Assembly: GCF_000181795.1 (NCBI RefSeq)
Contig: NW_003526948.1
Coordinates: 1,401,428-1,465,427, forward strand
DNA: 64,000 nucleotides
Reading direction: 5' to 3'
Source: Trichinella spiralis
Taxonomy: Eukaryota
In this document: positions 1-11,183 of the stretch, piece by piece
Layout: each line of letters starts with the position of its first letter
Position numbering within the stretch: position 1 is the stretch's first letter
Position numbers and translations under genes: made by a program
The notes under the pieces: model-generated
Databases searched by the model: none
What the model saw: only the letters and a program-made list of their open reading frames with translations
Told to the model about the DNA's origin: nothing

Positions 1-102
1 TCGTGCGGTCCTCGATCTGCTTTCGTGTCGTCCCTGGATCTGATTCGGGCGGTTCGCGATCTGCTTCGTGTTGTCCGCGTTTTCACTTCTTCTTTTCTTC
101 AT
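1..102 (-). CDS. Unit-A small protein with 7-aa (21-bp) repeats, 5' part (MKKRRSENAD..TKQIA..), runs off window start
   Basis: ATG at 102 lies just downstream of acceptor cttacag and is homologous to the unit-B ATG frame. Repeat copies near the window edge contain indels (low-quality sequence). Confidence 0.4.
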   Translation of the reverse strand, partial: MKKRRSENADNTKQIANRPNQIQGRHESRSRTAR

Positions 103-309
103 TGATCATATCTGTAAGAATGGTAAATGTTAAATCTTAACTTTTCGCACTTTATTACACAGTGGAATTAAAAAATTGAACAAAGAATTTTGAAATAAAA
201 GAAGTAACTGATTTTCAATTAAAGATAACCTTAACAAAATGATTATATATAGTTTCGAAAAAAAAGTAACAACGAGAAAACTTTAAATACTTCAACAATT
301 AAAAACCGA

Positions 310-455
310 CTTCAGTAGTTACTTAACGCCAACGTTTGACGCTTGACGATGCTGTTACATGCCACGCAAGTCAAACAAACAAGCGCACCATTACTGATTG
401 ATAATTTTCAAGCGATACTCATTTGCATACTGTAGCAATAGAAATCGGTTTGAGT
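310..455 (-). promoter_or_regulatory. Conserved upstream block of the micropeptide family with octamer ATGCAAAT and GTTTGTTT tract (also ~1143-1305, ~1570-1715, ~2218-2372, ~3062-3225)
   Basis: Blocks tacttaacgcc, gccacgYaa, aaacaaacaaRcgcacc, ctYatttgcata and tagaaaYcggttt are conserved in order between otherwise diverged units A and B. Confidence 0.5.
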
Positions 456-861
456 TGATTGGAAAATTTTCTGGACTAGGAATTAATTCTAACCGGACGC
501 TATGAAATTAGGAAAATTGAAACCTCAAGCACAGCGAATGACCTACATAAATGGAACTCATCGCATAATGTTTTCACTAAAATATAAGCACAATCGATGC
601 GTATGCTGACAAACAAACTTAATCAAACAAAAGATGTAATTTACCAAATGTCTCTGATGCTGTGAAATTTGAAAAAATAATTTAAAGTGAAAAAAAGTTA
701 ATTAATTTTCAATCTTTCTAAAGATGAAGTCATACCTAATCTTAATATGAAAATCAAAAAGAACAGTTTTGCTGTGAAAAACATCTCACTCATATACTAC
801 ATACTACAAACTTGGGTCATTTTATTAAACTAAGGAATAACTTCACCCTTTCGAAGTATCC

Positions 862-960
862 TTAGCCCTGCTTCACAGATGCACAAGAAATCACATTTAC
901 CTTTTGCCTTCTCTTGTTCTGCTTCGTGCCGTCCGTGTTTTCACATTTTCTTTGCTCCAT
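862..960 (-). CDS. Unit-B 32-aa micropeptide MEQRKCENTDGTKQNKRRQKVNVISCASVKQG
   Basis: Acceptor ttacag just upstream of ATG, open 33-codon frame, AATAAA about 35 nt after the stop. N-terminus aligns with unit A (ENxDxTKQ). Confidence 0.45.
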   Translation of the reverse strand: MEQRKCENTDGTKQNKRRQKVNVISCASVKQG

Positions 961-1909
961 TCTTTGAACCTGTAATAATGATATTAAATCAAAACTATCC
1001 TCACTTTATCACAAAATAGATTTACAACAAATATAATAATTAAGTGCTATCTAATTAAAAAATAATTGTTCACAAAATGAGTAAACAAAATTTAAAAAAA
1101 TGACAAGCAGAAAAGTGGAATACTTGTCTGTAAATCTGAAGCGGCCTTCAGCAGCTACTTAACGCCCGTAATGAACTCAGAGAACGTTTTTTTTTTGCTC
1201 CCCCCCCGCCACGTAAATTAAACAAACAAACGCACCCTTATTGATGATAAGGCAGCGTTGTAACGATCCTTATTTGCATAATGCAGCGTTAGAAACCGGT
1301 TTTTAGTGTGTTAGAAGTTTTGGCTGAAGNNNNNNNNNNTTTTCACTTCTTCTTTTCTTCATTGATCATATCTGTAAGAATGGTAAATGTTAAATCTTAA
1401 CTTTTCGCACTTTATTACACAGTGGAATTAAAAAATTGAACAAAGAATTTTGAAATAAAAGAAGTAACTGATTTTCAATTAAAGATAACCTTAACAAAAT
1501 GATTATATATAGTTTCCAAAAAAAAGTAACAACGAGAAAACTTTAAATACTTCAACAATTAAAAACCGACTTCAGTAGTTACTTAACGCCAACGTTTGAC
1601 GCTTGACGATGCTGTTACATGCCACGCAAGTCAAACAAACAAGCGCACCATTACTGATTGATAATTTTCAAGCGATACTCATTTGCATAACTGTAGCAAT
1701 AAAAATCGGTTTGAGTTGATTGGAAAAATTTTTCTGGACTAGGAAATTAATTCTAACCCGGACGCTATGAAATTTAGGAAAAATTGAAACCCTCAAGCAC
1801 AGCGAATGACCTACATAATGGAAACTCATTCGCATAAATGGTTTTTCCCTAAAAAAATAAGCACCAAATCCGAATGACCGTATGCTTGACAAAACCAAAN
1901 NNNNNNNNN

Positions 1910-2007
1910 GTGTCGTCCTTGGATCTGTTCGTGCCGTCCGCGATCTGCTTCGTGCCGTCCGCGATCTGCTTCGTGTCGTCCGCGTTTTCACTTCTTCTTT
2001 TCTTCAT
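1910..2007 (-). CDS. Unit-A heptad-repeat protein, another copy (MKKRRSENADDTKQIADGTKQIADGT...), truncated by gap
   Basis: ATG at 2007, 21-bp repeats gatctgcttcgtgccgtccgc, ends at N gap. Confidence 0.45.
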
Positions 2008-2779
2008 TGATCATATCTGTAAGAATGGTAAATGTTAAATCAAAATTTATCGCACTTTATTACACAGTGGAATCAAAAAATTGAACAAAGAATTTTGAAA
2101 TAAAAGAAGTAACTGATTTTCAATTAAAGATAACCTTAACAAAATGATTATATATAGAGAGTTTCGAAAAAAAAGTAACAACGAGAAAACTTTAAATACT
2201 TCAACAATTAAAAACCGACTTCAGTAGTTACTTAACGCCAACGTTTGACGCTTGACGATGCTGTTACTTGCCACGCAAGTAAAACAAACAAGCGCACCGT
2301 TACTGATTGATGATAAAGCAATTTTCAAGCGATCCTCATTTGCATACTGTAGCGATAGAAACCGGTTTGAGTTGATTGGAAAATTTTCTGAACGAGGAAT
2401 TAATTCTAACCGAACGCTATGAAATTAGGAAAATTGAAACCTCAAGCACAGCGAATGACCTACATAAATGGAACTTATCGCATAATGTTTTCACTAAAAT
2501 ATAAGCACAATCGATGCGTATGCTGACAAACAAAGCTAATGTAACAAAAGATGTAATTTACGAAATGTCTCTGATGCTGTGAAATTTGAAAAAATAATTT
2601 AAAGTGAAAATAAAGTTAATTTATTTTCAATCTTTCTAAAGATGAAGTCATACTTAATCTTAATATGAAAATCAAAATGAACAGTTTTACAGTGAAAAAT
2701 ATCTCACTCATATATTACATACTACAAACTTGGGTCATTTCATTAAACTAAGGAATAACTTCACCCTTTCGAAGTATCC

Positions 2780-2878
2780 TTAGCCCTGCTTCACAGATGC
2801 ACAAGAAATCGCATTTACCTCTTGCCTTCTCTTGTTCTGTTTCGTGTCGTCCGTGTTTTCACATTTTCTTTGCTCCAT
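2780..2878 (-). CDS. Unit-B 32-aa micropeptide, second copy (MEQRKCENTDDTKQNKRRQEVNAISCASVKQG)
   Basis: Same structure as 862-960, with 3 nonsynonymous and 1 synonymous differences by my reading. Confidence 0.45.
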   Translation of the reverse strand: MEQRKCENTDDTKQNKRRQEVNAISCASVKQG

Positions 2879-3433
2879 TCTTTAAACCTGTAATAATGAT
2901 ATTAAATCAAAACTATCCTCACTTTATCACAAAATAGATTTACAACAAATATAATAATAAAGTGCTATCTAATTAAAAAATAATTGTTTACAAAATAAGT
3001 AAACAAAATTTAAAAAAATGACAAGCAGAAAAGTGGAATACTTGTCTGTAAGTCTGAAGCGGCCTTCAGCAGCTACTTAACGCCCGTAATGAACTCAGAG
3101 AACGTTCAACGATGCTACCAATTGCCACGTAAATTAAACAAACAAACGCACCCTTACTGATGATAAGGCAGCGTTGTGGCGATCCTTATTTGCATAATGC
3201 AGCGTTAGAAACCGGTTTTTAGTGCGTTAGTACTTTTGGCTGAAGATAAATTTTTACCTAAGCCGCGTTGCAATATGAACCGAAGAAATGCTCTTCTTCA
3301 ATTCTACCAATAAAAAAGCGACTATTTGAAAATTTAAAAATGACCTTGACATTTAAAATTCAGTCAAAATATAAACTATCTGACAAAAAACGCCATAACA
3401 AAGCAAAATTCATTTAGACAAAACACACCTACG

Positions 3434-3957
3434 TATTTTTGAAAATTTTCTTAAATCAGAAAAACAAGTAGCTGAAATGAGGCTAATTTTAAGTGAACAA
3501 TTTCCGGGCAAAAGCTTGCTTATGGTCAATTGAATGTGCATGTTAGCTATTGCAAAGGTGATTTTCGAAAGACCATATTTTAATAATATATAAACAATGC
3601 GTACAGGGTGTATTTAATCAAACTTAACTGTACGGAAATTTGGCGTTTATAAAGTCACCTCATGTTGAGAATTTTTCATAGAAAATATATTGAGAAATTA
3701 TGCTCAATATCGATTCTCAATTATATTGTTAACTGATTAAAACTTAGGAATAAAAATCTGCCACTTACTGCTAAATGCGCTGTATTCTCGTTTTTGATAT
3801 TCATGTTCTTTGGATGTTGATTGAAAAATTATTTTTTAGAAATTATTCCAAAAAATAATAATGAATAGAAAGCAAGTTTGTGTTTGGCTTCAATGTTTGC
3901 CTTCAGTCAATTTTCCAATCAAAACACTGAGCTACCATCCACGGACGCCCTCAAACT
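3434..3957 (+). repeat. Long repeat R, copy 1 (truncated by gap)
   Basis: Near-identical to 5206-5729 and reverse complement of parts of 13895-14638 and 15632-16201. Confidence 0.9.
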
Positions 3958-3967
3958 NNNNNNNNNN

Positions 3968-4558
3968 ACCTAGTTTGCGAAGGATTGAAATACTCTGCAG
4001 TGGCAGAAGTAATGAGATTTATCTGGGCGAAAGGTAAATAAGCGTTTTTGAATTTAAAAATTTTGTTTCCTGAATTATTTTTTAGATCGAAGATTGGGAA
4101 TTCCCCCGCAGCTGTTGCTTATGGAAGATTTCATAAACACAGTTGTATTATGCAATGAGCAGAAAAATGAAGAAGACATTGTTTTGCCACCGCTAATGAA
4201 CTGCGATGCAGTAGAGGTACAATTTCCGATCGGCTGCAGTCATCACACCTTGCTGTCGACTGTAGATTTTCCATGTGCAAAAGAAGAATCATTTATTGCA
4301 CTGTAATCATGATATAAGAAAATAATGGATGAAGGGTAGTATATCTAGTTATCACTTTTTATTTAGGAAAGAGATCTTCCGGCAAATTCAAAATGTGCAA
4401 CCGACGTTTTTCAAATCTGAGAAATTGTTAGAAATTTTGGAGTAAGTACTAAAATTAATGAAAATGTTGAAGAGCAGTTTATTAATAATCATTTAGAATA
4501 GCAATTATATTTTTTTTTTGCATGACTAGTTTGATAATTTGCGCCTCCATCAATTTAA
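3968..4558 (+). other. Partial second copy of the Maelstrom-like gene (part of exon 3, exons 4-5, start of intron 5), interrupted by piggyBac
   Basis: Near-identical to 7817-8401, with at least one amino-acid change (HHTLL vs HHTFL) and small intron indels. Confidence 0.85.
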
Positions 4559-5195
4559 CCCTCCTGTTATCCTCCGGGTCATATTGACCCGTTTTGATTT
4601 TCAACATAAAAATTAGTACCAAAATTATTGACTGTTGATGTTGAATTTTTTTGACTTTTCCTCATTTCACCTTATCTGCATATACTGAAATTCCTGCGCG
4701 TCTGTCATTCATAGTAACTGCTGTATGCACTTTACGTATATGCGAAATCCCCGGGGTCACTTAGGCCCCATGATCGATCTTCTTCTGCTGCTTTATCATT
4801 ATTGAAGGCAATGCAACATCTATCACTTTCAAGGTTCTATAGTTTATGGGATATATGGGTTAAAAATTACCTAAGATGTATAATCCTTCCGAAAACGTTA
4901 CAGTTGATGAGCGACTGTATCCTTTCAAAGGCCGATGTCAATTCAGACAGTACATGCCAAAGAAACCGGCAAAGTATGGCAATAAGTTTTGGGTAGCCTG
5001 CTGCTGAAAGTCAAGCTACGCATGGAATATGCAAATATACACTGGCAAGCCGTCAAGTGGAACTCGTGCGAAGTACCAAGGGATGCGAGTGGTTCTCGAC
5101 ATGGCAAAGGGGTAAAGGTGATAATGTTACATGTGACAATTTTTACTTCATATGCACTGGGGGTAGAACTGAAAAAAAGAATTTGACTTTGGTTG
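4559..5195 (+). mobile_element. piggyBac-superfamily DNA transposon, left end plus degenerate transposase fragment (truncated by gap)
   Basis: Starts TTAA|CCCTCCTG at 4555-4558 and the empty site TTAA is at 8398-8401. Translation MYNPSENVTVDERLYPFKGRCQFRQYMPKKPAKYGNKFWVACC*KSSYAWNMQIYTGKP, then NVTCDNFY in a shifted frame, matches DDE_Tnp_1_7 core motifs with a stop and frameshifts. Confidence 0.92.
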
Positions 5196-5205
5196 NNNNN
5201 NNNNN

Positions 5206-5965
5206 TATTTTTGAAAATTTTCTTAAATCAGAAAAACAAGTAGCTGAAATGAGGCTAATTTTAAGTGAACAATTTCCGGGCAAAAGCTTGCTTATGGTCA
5301 ATTGAATGTGCATGTTAGCTATTGCAAAGGTGATTTGCGAAAGACCATATTTTAATAATATATAAACAATGCGTACAGGGTGTATTTAATCAAACTTAAC
5401 TGTACGGAAATTTGGCGTTTATAAAGTCACCTCATGTTGAGAATTTTTCATAGAAAATATATTGAGAAATTATGCTCAATATCGATTCTCAATTATATTG
5501 TTAACTGATTAAAACTTAGGAATAAAAATCTGCCACTTACTGCTAAATGCGGTGTATTCTCGTTTTTGATATTCATGTTCTTTGGATGTTGATTCAAAAA
5601 TTATTTTTTAGAAATTATTCCAAAAAATAATAATGAATAGGAAGCAAGTTTGTGTTTGGCTTCAATGTTTGCCTTCAGTCAATTTTCCAATCAAAACACT
5701 GAGCTACCATCCACGGACGCCCTCAAACTGAAATGATTTCTATTATGTCAATAAAGCAAACGACCTCGCATGCAAATTTTTATTTTCTTCATTTCTGCTG
5801 ATAAATGTGGCTACTGTACATTTTTCATTGCTCGGCAATAAGAAATGCAGGGTTTGGACGAAATCTGTCCAGTTGTTGTGGAATAATTTGCTTTTAAATT
5901 TCGCACTTTTCCTATCTCAATACATAGGTAAGCGAGCTGTTTGATTTAGGATATCTCGAGAACCT
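5206..5965 (+). repeat. Long repeat R, copy 2 (left arm of inverted-repeat pair)
   Basis: Reverse complement of 13895-14638. Similarity decays inward at about 5965/13895 and the outer end is hidden by a gap. Confidence 0.9.
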
Positions 5966-7011
5966 ATGCATCTTGGAACTGCCGGGATAAGTTTGTTGTA
6001 CTCCTCTCATTGTTCCTGGTCGATTGATGCGCTTAAAGTCCATTTTTGGATTCCAAGGTGTTTCTCGACAATTGCAAATTTCATGGGCTATATACTTGCT
6101 TTTTTTGAAAAACGGTGAAAAACTTTTTTTTAGAAATTTGCACTTTTTCTGATTTTTATGCATTCGCATTGATTTATTATAATGTATTTCAGAGTTTGGG
6201 TGAAATCTGTGCAGTAGTTGTGGAATAATGTGCCTCTAATGCTGGCACGTTGCACATATTGTTCTTGCATATATTTTATTACAGTATTTATAAAATGATG
6301 TGTCCATTTTCCCTTTTTGTTCGTTAGTTTACATTATTTTGAAGTGAACTTTTTGTTTTTTTTATCTTAGTGTTTGTATTTTTATTAATGTATTTCTTTT
6401 TATTTTTCTTAATGTACAATGTGTTGCTGTTTTATTTTTGTCTGCTTTCTTCCCTGCGTGAGCTCACTTTCTGTTTACCGTCATCCACATAGGTAACCAA
6501 AACGCTGCCTTTTCGTATATATCAATCGAAGACATTTCAGTTGTATGTTATGTAATCAACTGTTTATTTTTATCTCACTAATTATTAGTATATTCAGCCG
6601 TTATTGATTTTGGAAATAGAAAATGAATTCACATGCGAACTGTTTCTTGTTTTGTGTTTTGAAACATGTGTTTAAGCCTTTTCTTTTTCAATTGTATACG
6701 CTGTTGTTTTCTTAATAAACGCGTTTATGAATTTCAATTTTTATTAATTTATATTAAGATTAAGATGCTATATTTTTGTTATAGTTGTTTTTCCTGTTTA
6801 TTATTCATTGAGTCGCTTAGTGATGCTCTTTTAATTTGTTTATTGTTATGTACGATGTGTTTGTCAGAGTGCTTGAAATTTTTCTGCTAATCTATTTTAC
6901 CTTTTTTTCATAATCATGATAAAGTAATTTACATCCAGTGAAGTTCTGATTTTTGAATTCAAGCTTAAACTGTTACTATATCTGCTATAGTGTTATTTTG
7001 CAGATCTAGAG

Positions 7012-10000
7012 ATGCCGCGGCGCAAAGTCACCGGTTTCTTGTTTTACATGAATTGGAATTTAACGAATTACTCCGCTACCGCGGACAGGCAAGAATTGGA
7101 ATCATTTTTTCGAATGTGCGACCGAAAATGGTCTGTAATGAGCGAACAGGAAAAGGACGAATGGAAACTGAAGCTGCAGTCGAACAGAAATTTTGAACCC
7201 CATAAATTGTTGTATCTATTTTTACACAATGTGCAATGTGATAAGGGACAAAGAACTCGTCACGTCCCATTCGAGCATATGTTTCCACGCGTAAGTTTCT
7301 TTCATTTACTTGTGGCTAGCTGTTTAGGTAGCTGGAAGTAGGTTGTTGTTTTTAACAGTAACGGTTTTAAGCAAAACCGTTGTTGATGTTAAAATTAATA
7401 CAATGTTTCGTTTATAGTTTGAATATCTGGATGATCCCAAATTTCAAAGTATGCGACGTCATGGTTCGTCCTTATTTTTAAATTCATTCAAGTTATCGAG
7501 GAGAAATTTGAATCTTCAACTTTCATACGCTTTAATCGGCGTATCATTCAGTGGGGATACTGTAGTAGATAGCAGATTTGTTGAAATCGACTTACTGAAA
7601 TTCAAGTTGGAGTTCGGAATTATTAAAACGGCTGGTGTTACTATTGACACCGGTAATTTCAGTTCTTTGTTCGTTTTTATTAAAATGAATTATTTGATTT
7701 CGAAACATCCAAAGAATATATCTCAATGATAATTAAACGTGTTTGTATTTATGTGCTTGATTTAGAGGAGTGGTCGCTCCCGTTGGATGTTAAAGATATT
7801 CTAAAAGAAAGCAGCTACCTAGTTTGCGAAGGATTGAAATACTCTGCAGTGGCAGAAGTAATGAGATTTATCTGGGCGAAAGGTAAATAAGCGTTTTTGA
7901 ATTTAAAAATTTTTCCTGAATTATTTTTTAGATCGAAGATTGGGAATTCCCCCGCAGCTGTTGCTTATGGAAGATTTCATAAACACAGTTGTATTATGCA
8001 ATGAGCAGAAAAATGAAGAAGACATTGTTTTGCCACCGCTAATGAACTGCGATGCAGTAGAGGTACAATTTCCGATCGGCTGCAGTCATCACACCTTTCT
8101 GTCGACTGTAGATTTTCCATGTGCAAAAGAAGAATCATTTATTGCACTGTAATCATGATATAAGAAAATAATGGATGAAGGGTAGTATATCTAGTTATCA
8201 CTTTTTATTTAGGAAAGAGATCTTCCGGCAAATTCAAAATGTGCAACCGACGTTTTTCAAATCTGAGAAATTGTTAGAAATTTTGGAGTAAGTACTAAAA
8301 TTAATGAAAATGTTGAAGAGCAGTTTATTAATAATCATTTAGAATAGCAATTATATTTTTTTGCATGACTAGTTTGATAATTTGCGCCTCCATCAATTTA
8401 ATCAGTATATTACTTCTGCCGATGAATGCACTGAGAATCCTTGAGTTTGTGACGTCAAGCTAATAATAATTAATTTCTAGGTGGATCTGAAATCATTTAG
8501 TTGTTCATCTTTTTCACTTTTGTTTATAAATTTTACAACTTAAATTACACAAATTTCAACGTTCTCAAGTATTGCACGACATTTCACAGATGTTGCATTT
8601 TCAGGTTTCACTCTATTTTGTTACATATTATGAAAGTATTATATCTTTTAGAAATCAACGAAAAGCCCATATTGATTCTAGCCACCAAGAGGACGATACA
8701 GCTATGAATACAGCTTTTGAAAACTTGTGTTTGATAGGTGAACATATTACATTTATATCGTACAGTTTACATAATAATGTATAAATATCATAGCAGTTGA
8801 GAATGTTTTGAAATTAACATTCATTTAATTTTTTAAAAATTTTACTATGCTGTGATTACTTTCTTATTTTCCATGATATATATATAAATATATATCACAG
8901 AAAATGTATATCTGTATGTAATGCACGTAGTTTTCAAATCTTTATTTGTTTAGACATTGTTCAGGAAAATACTGAACAAAAATTACCAGTCGAAGATAAA
9001 ATGAAGACAATCGATGACACACAACCCGTGAAACAATATCCAATGTGGTTTAAAGGTGAACATATTATATTTATATCATGCAGTTTACATAATAATGTAT
9101 AAATATCATAGCAGTTGAGAATGTTTTGAAATTAACATTCATTTAATTATTTTAAAATTTTACTATGCTGCGATTACTTTCTTATTTTCCATGATATATA
9201 TAAATATATATATCACAGAAAATGTATATCTGTATGTAATGCACGTAGTTTTCAAATCTTTATTTGTTTAGTCATTCTCGATGAATTGACTGTACTATAC
9301 GAATTACGACTCGAAGATAGAATGAAGTCAATGGATAACACACAACCCATGAAACGATATCCACCGTGGTTTAGATTTGAACGTATTATATTTATATCAT
9401 ACAGTTTACATAATAATGTATAAATATCATAGCAGTTGAGAATGTTTTGAAATTAACCTACATTTAATTATTTTAAAATTTTACTATGCTGTGATTACTT
9501 TCTTATTTTCTATGATATATATATGTCACAGAAATTTTTTGTTTGTATGTATACGCCTATGCATGTATTTATACATATGTAATGCACTTCGTTTTTAAAT
9601 CTTTACTTGTTTAGTGTTTAAGCGACGCGAAACATCTGAGAAAGAATATTGCGATAAACATATGAAATTTTATGCGAACATGTTTGAAGGTAAACATATT
9701 TATATCGTACAGTTTACATAATAATGTATAAGTATTATGGCAGTTGAGAATGTTTTAAAAATTAACATTCATATAATTATTTTAATACTTTACTATGCTG
9801 TGATTACTTTCTTATTTTCTATGATATAATAGCAGAAAATGTATGTTTGTATGTATACACGTATGCATGCATGTATTTATGCATATGTAATGCACTTAGT
9901 TTGTAAAGTTTTACTTGTTTAGGTCCTGGACGATATCATATTTACAATAATGAAGAACGAGCACAAGTATTTCCATTTGGAAAGAGAGAAGTCAAATCAT

Positions 10001-10496
10001 TCTATGATGAACTTATCCCTCGGCTCAATGAGGCGGCAATAATTTTTGATGAAGACAAGCATGAAAGTGAATATATCATATTTATATTGTACAGTTTACT
10101 AAATTATGTATAAAGCAGTTGTGAATGTTTTGATTATTTTAAATTTTAATATGCTGTGATTATTTAACTATTTTCTATGATGTATATATATGTATCACAT
10201 AAAACATATATTTGTGTGAGTATAGATGCGTATGCATGTATTTATGTATATGTGATGTACATAGTTTATAAACGTTTACTTGTTTAGTGCCAGCTTTAGA
10301 TCATAGCAAGGAGAAAAAATATGAAGAGGAATTTGATGTTTACGACAATGAAGACCCGAAACGAGAAGAAAGATTATTTGATTATTATTATGAAACAGCA
10401 GAATATATTGAAAACAGTAATCAGGTATATTCTTATTTTGTGAGAACAGCTAGTGATAAACGGGACATTTCATGTGCAAATTTTGACGAAGACTGA
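7012..10496 (+). CDS. mael: Maelstrom-like protein (HMG box + MAEL domain + acidic tail), ~549 aa; exons 7012-7290, 7418-7652, 7766-7882, 7932-8148, 8213-8287, 8652-8737, 8954-9055, 9272-9382, 9615-9689, 9923-10066, 10288-10496
   Basis: All junctions are GT-AG with consistent phase and no stops. N-terminus MPRRKVTGFLFYMNW...CDRKWSVMSEQEKDEW resembles the Mael-type HMG box. FVEIDLLKFKLEFGII resembles the MAEL PxE(I/L)xxxxFSLxxGI motif, and IGCSHHTFLSTVDFPCA supplies the C-H-C of the ECHC motif. Confidence 0.78.
8738..10287 (+). repeat. Five paralogous ~215-240-bp phase-1 introns (8738-8953, 9056-9271, ~9377/9383-9614, 9690-9922, 10067-10287)
   Basis: Each carries gtRaac/gtgaat...acagtttac...gcagttg...tatgctgtgatta...tttaYttgtttag. 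Confidence 0.9.
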
Positions 10497-11183
10497 TGAA
10501 TATGAAGAGAATGGAAGCAATTCCGATGCGCTTTCATTGTAATTTAATTCAATTCATGGAGCATAATACTGTACTCTTTTATTCGACATTTAAATATTTG
10601 GCAGTAGATGAAGAACTAAGATTCCTTCCTACTCTTTATAATTTTCAGTTTACTTAGAGAGCCAGTTTGAATACTGTTTAAGTTTATTTGAATTTCAATG
10701 TTTTCACGTATGTCATTTAATCACAATTTTTAGAATCGAATTCATTTTTTAAATTTATCATCTGAAATGATCAAGTGATACCATATTTTATTGTTCATTT
10801 GCAGTAACCGAATGGAATTATTGATCAGTAAATTGTTTGGTACAATTTTCCATTATTATATATGAAAAGAAACTGTTTTGTCTTAATTTTACAGTTGAAA
10901 ATGTTTTTCCTTCTCCCAACTGATTCGACATTCGGGATTGAAATTAAAATTTTACAAGAAGAAAATGTTTGTTGTACCTTTGTGAAAACAATGAAACGTA
11001 CGTAATCCAATCAATAATTATCCCTTCAAATGAGAAACAAGATCATCATTAATACTGAGAGTGCCCTTTCTGTGCCGCCAAATAAAGGTACTGATAATTA
11101 TTTTAATAAATAAATAAATAAATATGAACAGATTGAAGTGAAATAAGAAAAAAAAAGAATATTTTTCCTTACGTAACAGCTAG

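Larger units (their letters stand above)
1..3250. repeat. Tandemly repeated A+B gene cassette, copies at 1-1329, 1340-1899 (partial) and 1910-3250
   Basis: Near-identical blocks recur (e.g. ttgatcatatctgtaagaatggtaaatg three times). Units A and B are themselves diverged paralogues. Copies are separated by N gaps, so some redundancy may come from assembly. Confidence 0.9.

Noticed and set aside
300..460. Spliced-leader or snRNA gene in the conserved block
   Set aside because: No convincing AG|GT leader end, Sm site or stem-loops recognised by eye. Kept only as an alternative pending an Rfam search.
1668..1991. 107-aa SR-rich ORF from the ORF track
   Set aside because: Starts at GTG, crosses an N gap and joins two unrelated contig ends. 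The ATG-bearing frame is different.
8738..10287. Repeat-spacer pattern suggestive of a CRISPR-like array
   Set aside because: Repeats are >200-bp GT-AG introns and the spacers are in-frame exons. No cas genes and the context is eukaryotic.
10825..11010. Duplicated 61-aa ORF (also 12217-12402) and short ORFs within repeat R
   Set aside because: AT-rich, no motifs, and recurrence is explained by the DNA duplication.
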